In this document: positions 36,403 through 50,560 of the stretch, piece after piece | Numbering within the stretch: position 1 is the stretch's first letter | How the letters are laid out: every line of letters begins with the position of its first letter | NCBI RefSeq assembly: GCF_001194135.2 | Contig: NC_068984.1 | Span: 58,876,988-58,929,557 of the forward strand | DNA length: 52,570 bases | Source of the DNA: Octopus bimaculoides | Lineage: Eukaryota | Direction: 5' to 3' | Position numbers and translations under genes: made by a program | The notes under the pieces: model-generated | What the model was told of the DNA's origin: nothing | Databases searched by the model: none | The model's input: only the letters and a program-made list of their open reading frames with translations

Positions 36403-39400
36403 AAAAAGGAAATAATGATCACTTTGTTTTTCTAGATATAGATTGATATTTTATAACTTGCCATATTTGTTCAGCTAATTTATTTAGTATCTCTATTGCT
36501 TAGAATTTGCTTCCTTCAAGACATATCTTCACTTCACTTTTTTTTATGATGCCTTTTTTACCAAACCCAAACTTTTACTATGATACTTATATTGTATTTT
36601 AAATGATATAATATTTTGCAAATCTCTTTATATTTTAAATGTAGGAGAATGATAGTATTTTCATTTCAAATCCCCCTTTATTTTTAGTGATGTCCTTAAT
36701 TTTTAAAATTAGTTTTAGCTATCATGGCTATCTACGATGGCTTTGATGAATAGCATTCTGTTGCTTATTTGGCAAGAATGAGAAAGCCTACTTGTAATCA
36801 ATACTGTTTGAAGAATAAGATCTACCATTGAATTTGGTGTCCTATATAGATAGATACTTGCATTTAATTCCGGCAGAAAATTGAAGTTACTCATCACTTC
36901 AGATTCTGATAGCTAGTGCATTTCATTGTAATAGAATTCTTGGTTTTGGTTTTGTTTTCATATTCTTATCACCAAAAAATAGCAACACTGTTAGCATTTT
37001 ATATTCAGTTACTTCCAATGTATACAGCTATTAATCGTAAGAGCAGAAAGTGTATATGTGATATTGAATCTGTCTAGCTATGTAATAGCTATTATAGCTA
37101 TAGAATTGTTGTTTCACTCCTTACAGTCCCTGGTTGTTGATTCACTTATTCCCAGGAGGGACAGGAGGAAAGGATATAATATTGCATTCCCTTCTGAGTC
37201 ATGAATATGATGAATGGAATGTTCCTGAAAGATCAGCTTGACCTATTCTGTTTAGGTGGCTTTCTAAAAGATTTATCTGATATATTTTTCATCACGTTTT
37301 AACCCTTTACCTACAACAAGGAGCATTATGCTTCATATGGTATTAAGATATTATATTTGCAAGAGTCTAGTATACTTAATATTAGATGAAAATTAACTAT
37401 GTTAAAGGCAATTTAGAAATTGAGTAACTTTTTCTTCAGAGAAAGGATATTTTATAATGGAAAATATTTTGTAAATTGTTTGAAATGTCTTTTATCCACC
37501 ATCATTGTTAATTCTATGTTTGATATCTCCTTAGCAATTCAACTATGTTTTCCTTCTTGACATGTTCTCATTTAAATCATTCAATCAAAATTAAAATAGT
37601 AGACTGTACAACATTGATTTTTCCTGGCCAATAAGTTAAAAAAACTCAACTGTTTTTACTTTCGGACAACTATTTCATGAACCATCTAAATTTCACTAAT
37701 GGCATCTAATCTTTTAAGTGATTGTTTATCTAGAGAACATTTTGAACAACACCTTCAACTTTCGTTTTCAATCATTTATCTAATCTTTTTAAACAATACA
37801 TTATTTTACTACTTCTTCTATCACTTTGTTAAAGTTGTGTATCATATTTATTTATTTGTTTGTTTTTATCAACATTTGTATCTCAAGAGATGGCTTGTGC
37901 AAACTCAAGAAAAAGTAGAACATTACTGTGTTAAATTCTAACTTAAGATGATGATTCATTGTGCCCAAAATGTCTATAGGTCAAACTACTTGTGTAAAGA
38001 GTCAACCCTTAAAAAGTTCACTAAGGCAGAAAGGATGTATGTCTTCTAAAGATATCAAATAACTCTATCCTTATACTTAATTATAATGATGGTTCATTAG
38101 AAATTTTCACCTTTTTAACTAATATTTAGTGACATACTTTTATATATTTTATCTATTTATTATTCTCTCTACAAGAATGGCTTTAAACAGTTATAAAATG
38201 TGTTTGATAGTCACTAAAATTTAAAATTCTCTTAATTATGGCCTTTTTTATTCCTTGTATATTTATGTCCTTTGGGGTACCTACATATGCACCCCTATTT
38301 CATATTCACAAGTAGAATAAAGTGTTGTAAGTGAATTAGTTAAGATGGGCTTCTGACCCATGAGTCATAAGTTCAATATGTGCATTATTCTTAAGGTAGC
38401 CTACTTTACTCAAATCAGCTTGTTTGGAAAAAAAATCAAATGAAAAAGCAAAACCTCTATCTCACTTCAGGATTAAGTGGTTGACACTAATAAGAGTACT
38501 CAAAATAATTACTGCAAATGTTTGAATTCTCAAAACTTGAAACATACTAGAATTTTCTGCCCATATAACTTGAAGTTTAAAAAAAAACACAAAAATCAGA
38601 AAGCAAAAATTCCTGAAACCTTTCTAAAGTACATCTTGTTTCTGGATAGGCAGATATCCTGTTTACATTTATTTCTATGATATCATTTCACTAGCTTTTC
38701 CTGCTTAAAATAATATCTCTCTATGACATTATTTAAAATGGGAATATTAACATGGACATTAAATGATGATGATGATAAATTCATGAATGCTATAAATAAA
38801 TGTCATACCAATTTATACTATGGAGATCATTTATGTGCATTCTACTCCCCACACTGCCCAGATACATAGCTGGCTGTAACAGTAGTTTTAAGCTCTGACC
38901 AAATATTCATGTACTGACACTGCTGCATCACTGTGTCCATGAGGAAAACATAATTTTCAATGGATTTAAACACTTTTCTGTAAATAAATATATTGGGAAA
39001 CAATGGAAACTGTAAAACTAATGAGGGTTTTGTTAGTTTATAATGAGAAACTAATGATGGGAAATCAGGCTAGTATATCTTTTCTTGAACTATCAGGTGG
39101 GAATGAAGTCAACAGAAGTGTTCCTGTATTCTGGTATTTTGAAGAACATTACTTACTTTGCATTATGCTCTTAAGCAAACTATTCTATTTGCTTAAGTGA
39201 GTTTACGGTTGTAATTTTATAGAGTGGATTAGTTGAAATAAGAGCACTATGTATATCATATAATCATCATCATTAGCATTGCTTTTACAGCCAATCTTAC
39301 GTGGGTTGGACAGAAATTGCTGAGGCAGATTTTCTACAGCCAGATGCCCTTCCTGTTGCCAACCCTTACCTGTTTCCAAAATATATTCCCCCATGGCTGG

Positions 39401-41039
39401 ACATGTTTTCATAGAAGATTTGAAAACAAAGGACACTGCTTGCATGATGCATTCAATGTGAAATCAAGGAGACACAAACACACCCATTTGTACTTATATA
39501 TTATATGATGGGTTTCTTTTCACTAACCAAACTCACTCAAGGTTTTAGTTGGTCTCAGGCTATAAGTAGAAGACACTTGCTCAAGGTGCCACATAGTGGG
39601 ACTGAATCTAAAACCATATTGGAAGGAAGTGAACTTTTTAATGACACAGCTAGTACATTGCTTTCAACTGCTTATTTTTGTGTTTATGGTTTGTACTTAT
39701 TTCAAACTACTACATTGTTAGGAATAAAAATAAACAATATAGGCTTCTTGGACCTTAAACATTAAACATCAAAACAAAGACACAGAAAGGACATACATGT
39801 ATGTGTTTACATGCTTGTATTTGTGTGTAAGTGTATATATGTGTGTGCATCTGTGTATCACGTACGTCTAATGATATGTTTGTTTGTGTATGTATACTGA
39901 GAGAAAGAGAGAGAGAGATGTTTATGCTTGAAACTTCAGTTCAATTTGTTGGCAGAGCTTGTAAACTGGTAGATTTCCTTACAAAAAATAAATAAATAAG
40001 AAGAGAACAAAAAAAAATACTGGAGTAAAAAAAATTCAAAGAAAAACAATTTTATTTTATTACTGGCAGATAGTGATACATAGAAATATAAACCAAGCCA
40101 TTGCTTTGTTTATGATATGAAACAGCTTGAATGGCAAAAGGTAATGAAGGTATTGATATTGAATATTAATTGTAAACTAATAAAATCTACATGCAGATAA
40201 ATATACACACATACATATGCAATTACACATATCATTACTTGCATGTGAACATTTACACATGCATATGAACACATACACATGCATGTATAGAAACTTATAT
40301 ACATACACACGTATTATTGATTTAATGAAATATTCAAAGACATATGTGTTTGTTTGGATTTTTGTTGTTTTTTTCTGAAACTTAGTTTGCATACTATCAG
40401 TTGGTATTTAAAATGTTTCTTTTATCGATTTCAGATGTCAAGCATAAGTAAAATAGAAGAAAGTTTCCTTAGATTTCATGTTTATTTAGGATTTTCTGAA
40501 TTAGTGTGGAAGTTTTATGTATACATATGCATATATACATATATATATCATTATCTTTACCATTTCAATATCCACTTTTCCATACTAGCATATATCAAAC
40601 AAGACTTACTGTGGCAGTTTTTCCTATAGACAGATGTCCTTCTTGTGTGATAACAGCCCTTACTTAGTCTTTCTTGGGACACACAGCTCAACACCCAGAC
40701 ATGTATTCATAGCAGATATAAACAAAATACATAATAGTGACATTGTTTATGCTGTGCACAGATGTCTGGTTATGTTTTTGCTACAAATATGAACAATGAC
40801 ACTATTTACATGGCACACAAACCAATGTCAAAACATTGATCATTTTGAGGCCATAGTAGAAGGCACCTGCTCACAATGTCATGCTGGGGAAATTAACCTT
40901 AAACCATTTGACTGCAGAACAAACTTCTTAACCCTTTTGCATTTAAACCGACCATATCTGACCCAAACATTCTGCTCATTTTATACTCAAACTGGTCAGA
41001 TCCAGCCTTTCACATTTACCCTACAATGTTATTCTAAAG

Positions 41040-41417
41040 GAGTGGCTATGTAGTAAGAAACTTGCTTCCCAACTACATGGTTCTGGGTTCAGTCCCATTG
41101 TGTGGACTTTAGGCAAGTGTCTTCAGCTACAGCCTTGGGCTCACAAAAGCCTTGTGAGTGGATATAGTAGACAGATACTGAAAGAAGCCCGTCATGTATG
41201 TGTGTGTGTGTGTGTGTTTGTCCCCTCATCACTGTTTGACAACTGGTGTTGCTATGTTTACATCTCCAAAACTTAGTGATTTGGCAAACGAGACAGCAGA
41301 ATAAGTACTAAGCTTAAAAATGAAGCCGTAGAGTTGATTTGTTTGACTAAAGCCCTTCAGGTGGTGCTCCAGCATGGCTGCAGTCAAATGACTGAAACGA
41401 ATAAAAGAATAAAAGAA
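41040..41417 (+). mobile_element. tRNA-derived SINE with internal (TG)n
   Basis: Complete head-to-tail copy ending aataaaagaataaaagaa. Confidence 0.85.
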
Positions 41418-41904
41418 CATCATCAAAATCTTGAAGTTATGAGATAATGCTTGATTAAGTCAAAACAATGTGAATAAATTAGCAATACATTTGATGGAGC
41501 AATCTGAATACTAAAAAGTTTAATCATGCAGCCATACCCATGCTTAGCTTCTCAACTACAAGGGTTTGGTTTCAGTCCCATTGTACAATGGGACTGAACC
41601 AAACTCTGAGTTGACTAGAGCCTTGTTGGTGAATTTGGTAAGTGGATACTGCAAGAAAACCATCAATTACACTGCACTTACTTTGTGCCTTTGAAGACCT
41701 AGAAAATAAGAGAGCTTCAAAAATAGGTAAGGGTTAGTAACTGGAAAAGCATTTGGCTATAAAAAAATATTTCAATAATATATTTGTCTAACACAAGCTA
41801 CCATGGAAGAAACGTGTAAGAATGAACCATATTATATTTAGATGAGTGTGTGAAAGAAATTTAATCATACTAAAATCACAAAAATTAATATCAAAACTTT
41901 TTTA

Positions 41905-42170
41905 TGTTATCACTGTCATCATCATCATCATCATCATCGTTTTACATCCGCTTTCCATGCTGGCATGGGTTGGACGGTTTTATTGAGGACTGGTGAGCCA
42001 GATGCTGCAACAGACTCAATCTGATCTGGCAAAATTTCTACAGGTGGATGACCTTCCTAACGCCAATCACTCCAAGAGTGTAGCAGGTGCTTTTACGTGC
42101 TACCAGCACAAGGGCCAGTCAGGCGATTCTGGCAATGACCATGCTCAAAAGATGTTTTTCTACCTGACTG
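41905..42170 (-). mobile_element. RTE-tail-bearing repeat
   Basis: (cat)n cgtttacatccgctttccatgctggcatgggttggacgg. Confidence 0.75.
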
Positions 42171-43292
42171 TTTGTTTATTTGTTGTTGTTTAGCCTACCC
42201 CATCAGTTGTAAATGATCAAAGTGTTCTAGTTATGATATTATTTGTCTAGTTCTACATCAGATAACATGTTTCTTTTTAAAAAAAAGTTTATTGGGTATG
42301 TTTTGAAGGAGATTTGAATGGTATTTTTAGCCTGTTGCCCAACCATGTAGAGGTTCTCTCATTGGTATATATATGTGATTGTTTATCAATAGAGCCAATA
42401 TCTGGCTCTACTGATTTGACTGATTTGACTTAACTATTCGATGTTTAAAAACTAGTTTTATAGAAACTTCTTTCGAAATTCCTATTTTATTTGTCACACA
42501 TTCACTTGTGTAGGTTGAACTATGTAAAATGTCAGAGAAAGAAACCTGTTTTTTTGTGATAAATATATCTAAAGCAAAATTGTTTTTGTGAACCCATAAA
42601 ATACTACTGTGGACCGAATTTATTAGTTTGCTTGTGTGGACCCCAAAAAATCTCAGTTGAAAACCACTGATCTAGGATATAGTTACAAACTTTAAAAAGT
42701 TGTCTTGAATAATACCAGGTGTCCCCTATGACAAACAGCATGTAAACATTGATACAGTGTGTAATGATGCTACATACATGGAACATCTGCTATATTGCTT
42801 TGTGTGTGTGTTTTTAATGTCTTCTAGTGAAGTAGAGGAATATTGAAAATGGGATTATTCCAGTAGCTGCTAATTTCTTGTAGAAGCTTCCCTAGTTGAT
42901 TGTCAGTAGTATGATAATATTTTGACTGCATTTCCCTGCAGTAAATTACATATTATTGAAGGCTTGAATTTTTCAAAGGATTATCAATTATTGTTTCCTT
43001 GTGTTATTGTGTTACAAGGAAACAGTCTAAGGATATTAAATCTGTCTGTGTTTTATGGCAAAACTTTTAAATGGTAACAGCAACGCAGAATGTAAACTGT
43101 GCACTGATAGTTGTGCTGCTCAGTGTAATTTGATAGTTTTATTATATTACTGGGATAGCCAAGTTGCTTGATAAGAAGAGTCACATATACATATTGTTTT
43201 TCTTTGCTCTCAAGAACTGCAACTTATATCTTTTTTTTAATTACAAGTAAGAAAATATTTCTAGCTGTGTGCATATATATATATATATCTTC

Positions 43293-43323
<31 letters not shown>

Positions 43324-44276
43324 AAGTATATTTCTGACTTACCTACATAGAGAATAATGCTGGAGTACCTATATAAAATCACCCCTGGGGTGGGTGATTT
43401 TATATGGGCACTAGGGACAAGGGGAGTAATAGGGAGTAGGTAGGTGCAGTTGTACTGGTTTTTTGTTTTGTTTTTTTACTTTTTTTCAGTCTTTGTTATC
43501 TATTTAAAAATTAAGAAGTTAAATGTAATGTTATGATAAACTGCTTGTTGGCTACCATACAACAACATCAATAATTTTTGTAGACTCCAAAATGTGAATA
43601 AGTAAATAAACAAAACTGCATGTATAGCACCTATCCATAAATTACAAACAATAAATGTAAACATAATTTAAAAGATATTGCCATAGTTTGAGGACGTTTC
43701 TATACATGAAACAAAGAGGACCACTTCACCTGCTCTATTAAGTAATTTCATGACTTGTGTATGCAAATATATACATAAATAAGAAGGACTCTCCCATCAA
43801 AGATAATGTGAATGTTCAGTTTTTTTCTGAATGACTAGCACAAATGATTCGTTTATAGTGATCAAATGTACATGCCGTACATTAGCTTACTCCCCCCTAT
43901 CAAATCAATGTTGTCTGAACAGGTGTATGGTGTACCATACACCAGGTGTCGAAGTGACCACAGAGCAATGTAAGATGAAGTGTTTTGCTCAAGAACACAA
44001 CACACCACCCGGTCTAGGAATTGAAACCATGATCTCATGATCATGAGTGCAACACCCTAACCACTTAGCCATGCATCCTCACACNNNNNNNNNNNNNNNN
44101 NNNNNNNNNNNNNNNNNNNNNNNNNNNNNNNNNNNNNNNNNNNNNNNNNNNNNNNNNNNNNNNNNNNNNNNNNNNNNNNNNNNNNNNNNNNNNNNNNNNN
44201 NNNNNNNNNNNNNNNNNNNNNNNNNNNNNNNNNNNNNNNNNNNNNNNNNNNNNNNNNNNNNNNNNNNNNNNAAAAA

Positions 44277-44400
44277 GCAGCCAAAATATCACAAAAACTG
44301 TTACTCAGAGTTTTACGTTCCCGTTTGTCAGACAAACAAGACTGTCTGACAAACGGGAACGTGAAACTCTGAGTAACAGTTTTTGTGATATTTTTGCTGC
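44277..44400. repeat. 58-bp inverted repeat (56/58 matches, 8-nt spacer) made of two head-to-head hammerhead copies
   Basis: 44277-44334 vs 44343-44400. Confidence 0.9.
44338..44383 (+). ncRNA. Type I hammerhead motif (G8 changed to A)
   Basis: AAGACTGT-CTGACAA-ACG-GGAA-CGT-GAA-ACT-CTG-AGT-A^ACAGTTTT. Confidence 0.7.
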
Positions 44401-44483
44401 CTTTTAATAAAGCATATTACTCTACCTCTGGTATTCGAGTACTATTTTTTCCCACTTTGTTTCGCATTTATGTGCTTACTCTG

Positions 44484-44519
<36 letters not shown>

Positions 44520-45339
44520 TTGAACATTGTTAGATTGTTGATTCTAGCTATGAGTGTCAATTGCTTATCTCGTAATCTACTTATGTGTATAAACAGACAG
44601 ATAAATTTGCATGTAGGCAAAGAAATTAGTATGTGTGTATGTATGAACATATAAAAAATACAACTATAAATCAGAATATAACGATAAATTTCAGCTGGTA
44701 CCTCTGGGGGTATATATAGAGTATAAAGAATATGTACTTGAGTTTGGCCAAAAGTCATGTCCTCAAGGTTGGGTCAACAACTAAGGTCAAATGGTGATGC
44801 ATCAAATATTCACTTATTATAGGGTGGTGCCATTCTAAGTAGTCACCTACATTGAACTAGTACCTTAAACCAAATTATTCTTTATATACTTTGTGTATTA
44901 AAATTGGGGAGAGAGAAAACAGACAGTAACTAACAAAAAAAATAGTTTGAGAAGCACAGTTTTAAGTGTTACTACTTAGTGAACTAATGATCTTTGAACA
45001 GACATGGCAACCACCAACTTCCTCTTTCTTCTATTCATTCTTCATTCTTTATTTAGCAATTTTCATTTTTTAGATACATATTATTAATTTGATTCATATA
45101 TTAATTTGAAGAAGCCTACAAAGGGGTCTTTCTGCACACTCTCTACCTGTTAGACATAGCAATAAACTCTCCCAGAAATCAAGCCCTATTACCTTAAAAA
45201 AAATTAAGGATACATTTATTAGTGCTGTTTGCATAAGTAATGCTTGAATAAAAGATGAAATATCCATGGCTGGAGTTATTTGACCACGGTGCTGTTAGAT
45301 CAACTCAGACCTGAGGTTTAGCTGCTGCTGTTGCTACTA

Positions 45340-45349
45340 CTACTACTAC

Positions 45350-45390
<41 letters not shown>
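45340..45390. repeat. (TAC)n/(TAG)n microsatellite
   Basis: tactactactact followed by agtagtagt...; self-complementary junction. Confidence 0.9.
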
Positions 45391-45391
<1 letters not shown>

Positions 45392-45743
45392 ATATATAAA
45401 AAAGGTAAAGACCACCTTCATCATGAATGACCATAGGATGGCACCTAGAAAGTTACCCTCTGAGGCCCAAGTCCAGGCAAGGTTGCTTACAGAAGACCAG
45501 CTGTCACCCTTGCATACCAGCCTCCCCTCTCCATACTATTGATGTTATCCAATGGAAAGGGCACCAGTGACATTGCAACTCATTTCTGAAGCTGGGTGAA
45601 CTGGAGCAACGTGAAATAAAGTGTCTTGCTCAAGTATCAAACACAGCCTGGTCTAGGAATTGAACTCACTGCCTCATGATTGTGAGCCTAACACTCTAAC
45701 CACTGAGCCATGCACCTTCATAGTGTGTGTGTGTGTGTGTGTG

Positions 45744-45777
<34 letters not shown>

Positions 45778-45895
45778 AAGATATATATATATAATAAAAA
45801 TAGTATATAAATATATGCATATATCCATACATATATGTATATACCTACATCTATATGTATACATACGTACATGCATATATATNNNNNNNNNNNNN

Positions 45896-45938
<43 letters not shown>

Positions 45939-46593
45939 CACATAGTATTACAAAAATTTCATTGGCAAAAATATATTTCTTATATTGTTTTGTAAGTTAT
46001 TGCCAGAATATTTAGGTTTCCTGACTTCTCTAGTTCCTAGGGTCTCTGAGCCCTTCTCTCCTCACTAAAAATTGTCAGACATGAAAGCATACACATAAAG
46101 AAACAACAACATGATTTAATGGATACGTTAAATAGGGTACAATGACAGTACTGGTGTACAATACTGACTGTTAAGAAATTTCTGAACTAAGGATAATATT
46201 GGCCCTTTATCATTCAGATTACTCTGTTAAATATAATGCTCATCTATTTACCTTGCTTTGAATTAATTATGCATTGTCTCACAGCTTCAAGTTTTTTATA
46301 ATATGATTGTTTATTTATAGAATGACATTGTAGGTTGGGTATGAGAGGCTGGATATGGCCAGTTTGAATACAAAACAAGTAGAATATTTGAGGATGGATA
46401 TGGCTAGTTTAAATGCTAATAGGTAAAAACAAGAATACTGATGGATATAACTTAAGAAGTTTGCTAAAATTACAATATATTAGCAGGAAAATTAATTTAA
46501 TTTATGCTTTGTAACTAAATAGTATTGTTGTACAAAAGGTGAGTAAAATTGTTTGATGTCAACAAAATGGGACTGAATGGGTAACTGCTTTAA

Positions 46594-46813
46594 CCCTTTA
46601 ACATTTAAACCAGCCATATCCAGCCCAAATATTCTACTTATTCAATCTTCAAACTGGCCACATCTGGCCCCTCACACCTAACCTACAATGTCATTCTAAA
46701 AATAAACAGTCACATCATTGAAATCTCAGAGCTACAAGATAATTAATGACTAATTCAAAACAATGTGAATAAAAAAAAGCATTATATTAGACAATAATCT
46801 GAATGCTAAAAAG
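46594..46813. mobile_element. piggyBac-like MITE with TTAA flanks
   Basis: ttaa|ccctttaacattt...aatgctaaaaag|ttaa; related fragments at 16500-16670, 40930-41040 and, inverted, 46320-46425. Confidence 0.6.
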
Positions 46814-47829
46814 TTAAAGAGCTAAAATTAGTATTTACAATACTAGTTTCTGATATGAGTTGTATATCATTAATTCTATGTTCTTGTATGAACCATCCAG
46901 AATCTAAAGATTGATATAGAATTAAATAACAATTGAAATCTTTGACATCTGTTTGTGTATATATCTGATCAAAAATAACAGATATCAGTTCTTTTAATTC
47001 ATGTTTTATTTGGAAATTTCATTTTTGGTGATAAGGTTAAGAAAATATATTTTCAATAATTTGATGTTAGGCTTTGATTAGATATTAATCATTTTGTTGC
47101 CCCTTTTTTATATATTGATTGTAATGGTTTAGAATAATAACCTGACATAATGAGACGATGGAAGAAATTAATAATTTTTGATATTGGTTATTTTTCCTTA
47201 CTGATAGTATTTTCAAGATTCATTGTTTGCATGAAATATCTCTAGCACTTGCCTTTTTTTTTTTTTTTTTTTTTGTCTCAAAATATCCTGCAATTTTGCT
47301 ATCTTCTATTCATCTTCTCTTATTTATTGTTTGTCTAGTTTTCCATTCTCTGCTTTCCTGTGTTCTTCACACACATAACTATTGTAAATGAGATTTTATT
47401 CTGTTTTACTCTCCATAGCAAAGAATAAACAAAATTGCTATTAAGCAATGCAGATTAATCTTTATTTTTAGTTTTCAAGATGTGAACCATTTTTCTTTAG
47501 ATGAGATAGGCCAAGAAAATAGCTTATGTTTAGTGGAGAGAGAGAAGTTCTTGATTACATGATCAGAATTTAGATTTCACTAAAATTAAAAACATTCAAT
47601 TTAATTATTTTCTTAGCATAGACTTTTTCGTTAATCTTACCACACAGAAAAGCCCATGGTTATTAAGAAGTTTCTTTTAAAATCATGTGGTTCCAGTTTT
47701 GAGCTCACTGCATACCACCTTGGACAAGTGTGTTATAATATACCATAATCTTGGGGCAACCTGAGTCTTGTAAGGGAAATTTGGTAGACATAGACTGTGC
47801 AGAAGCCCATCATATATGTGTGTATGCAT

Positions 47830-47870
<41 letters not shown>

Positions 47871-47968
47871 CTCTTACACACACACACACACACACACACA
47901 AAAGCTCTCACACACAAAAGCTCTCACACACACATACACACACACAAAAGCTCTCTCACACACACAAG

Positions 47969-48001
<33 letters not shown>

Positions 48002-48080
48002 ACACACACACAAGCTCTCTCTCTCTCTCACACACACACACAAGCTCTCTCTCTCTCACATACACACACACACATGCATA
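47830..48080. repeat. Compound (CA)n/(CT)n minisatellite with repeated caaaagctct/caagctct spacers
   Basis: Directly visible; source of ORF artefacts 47751-48293. Confidence 0.85.
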
Positions 48081-48097
48081 TACATATATACAGAGTG

Positions 48098-48245
48098 CAG
48101 ACATGGCTATGTAGTTAAGAAGTTTCCCTCCCAACCATGTGCTTTCAAGTTTGATCCATCTGTGTGGCACTTTCAACAACTGTTTTCTGCTATAGCCTCA
48201 AGTTTCTTTGGTTGGCAGAAACTATGGAAGCCCATCATATGTATA
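48098..48245 (+). mobile_element. tRNA-derived SINE, 5' part
   Basis: catggctatgtagttaagaagttt...gaagcccatcatatg. Confidence 0.7.
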
Positions 48246-49081
48246 TGTGTGTATGCATGCATGGTTTTTTTTTTCTTGGTACCTTTCCATTGACACTATT
48301 TGGGTAGCAGTAACATTTGTTTCAAACTTAGGAGAGAGGGCAAGTTGATTACATCAGCCAACCCCAGTACTTGACTGGTACTTTATTTTATCAACCCTGA
48401 AAGGATAAAAGGCAAAGTTAACCTCAGCAAGATTTGAACTCAGAATGAATGTTAAAAGCCTGAATGCACTAATGATTTTACCAGCTTGGAGTGTCACAAT
48501 AAAATACATCCTGTACACTCTGTAAAGTCACAGAATGAGCAAAGACATTGTGGTTGTAAGGACTCTGTAGTCTGTCTGAGGATATGACAGCCTCCCCAGT
48601 GCCATGATAAAATGCTTCCAGTGCATTCTGTAAATCATTAGAAAGGGCATCCAGTCATGGAAACCATACTAAAAATGGAGCATTTTTGAGAAAGACATGA
48701 TTCTCTAACCCTATGGTCTTCCAACCCTTTTTGCATCATAAACTGGTTTCAAGCAAAGTAATTTTTCCATAGACCAGTGCATTATGTGCATAATAAAACA
48801 CTAAAGGGCATAATATGTAATTTAATTGTTATATATATATAATGATTTCAAAGTTTAGCACAGGGTCAGCAGCTTTTGAGGGGAAGGGGAAGTTGATTAC
48901 ATCAATTCCAGTACTTGACACCTACTTATTTTATCCACCACAAAGGGATGAAATTCAAAGTCAACCTCAGCAGAATTTGAACTAAGAAAATAAAAACAGA
49001 CAAAATGCCACTAAGCATGCTAACAGTTCTGCCAGCTTACATATTATGCACTTTATTTCTACTATTATTACATTGTAGACT

Positions 49082-49290
49082 AAGGCAGCAAGCTGGCAGA
49101 ATCATTAGCATGCTGAACAAAATGCTTAGCAGTATGTAACCCATCTTTATGTTCTGAGTTCAAATTCCACTGAGGTCAGCTTTGCCTTTCATCCTTTCAG
49201 GGTCAATAAAATAAGTACCAGTTGAGTACTGGGGTCAATGTTATCAACTTACCCTCTCCCAAAAAATTATGGTCTTCTGCCAAAATTCAA
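49082..49290 (+). mobile_element. Nin-domain-like SINE
   Basis: aaggcagcaagctggcagaatc...gaggtcagctttgcctttcatcctttcagggtcaataaaataagtacc. Confidence 0.8.
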
Positions 49291-50560
49291 AACCATTATT
49301 GTATTGCAGATGGCAATAGTTAATGAAATAGAAATAAAATTTTAAAATGTATGCTTTCTATGTGACCTGATTATCAAATGATCTACAGCCCACTTCTGGT
49401 TCAGTGCCTGGTAGTTGAGGATTCCTGCTCTAACCCATCTAAGCAATAACTACAGATAATAATTCATAGTGTGGTAACTTTTTCAACCCATGCCAATATT
49501 TGAAACAGATAAAAATGACAATGATGATACCAGCATGGGATCCCCTAACAAAATTTGTGCATCATTTTAAAAAGTACTTTGAATTATTTAGTTCTTTTGT
49601 GTGAACTGTGTCCAATGACACCAGTGGCTTAACTGGATGTCCCTTATGAAGTCAGTAAAACAAATATCAAAATACTAGGGCTGCTATAATTGATTAAAAA
49701 CCCTAAAGTTGGTGTCCCAGTACAATCACTCATCAAAAGCAAAAACCAGTTGAACAATAAATGAATTGTTGGTTTAGAAATTTCTTGTGATTCATAATTT
49801 TATATTCTTCAGGTTAGATCTGTAACAAGTCTTTAAAATATTGGATTGTTTGCCATAAATTTCATATTTAAGTTTTACTAAGAAATGAAGCCAAAATGAT
49901 TATTTGGCTTGGAGCCAAAATGGTTATTTTGTTATTTTGTTATCATTTTAGTTGGTCTATTTCAAAATTAAATGTAGATGTTTATATAAAAATAAATTTC
50001 TTATTTGTATGTGATTGATTTAGACAATTCATCTTTCTTTCTTTCTGCCTCTGTGGATGGAATAAAATAATTTGTATGTTAAATGCAAGATTTGGATTGA
50101 CTATCTGTCTTTTATTCATTGTATATTTTGGCTTTAAAGTTAAAAACCTAGCTAACAGAACTGCAAATTATAGTTAATAAAAGTTGTTTTGACTTAGAAA
50201 ATATAATAGTAATTTTTTTGCTTTTTCTTTCATTTTTTTTTACTTCATTTAAATAAATAAGGTAAATGTAAATCATATTAATAATACAGGAAACAAATAA
50301 AGGTCAATCCATTTTTTGATACATTTAGAAAAATTTGAAGATTATTTAACTTGGGATCAATGCTAGTTATATATTTTTTGATGTTTTTGTTTTAGAAGTA
50401 TAAAAAAACTTCTTTTTTTTTACGAATTGCTAAAATTCAATTTTATGGTTCTCAAATGATGCACCACAAGGACTACCTAGGTGTGATGCAGATTAAAAAA
50501 ACACAGAAGGTAAAAACAAAGCTTTAGAAAATCCTTACTAATATTTGAGCATGTTTAAGA

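Noticed and set aside
37125-37224. 100-nt segment with splice-like signals (minus EHSIHH..TTRD; plus PWLLIHLFPGGTGGKD..)
   Set aside because: Open on both strands, neither peptide recognised; strand and reality cannot be decided.
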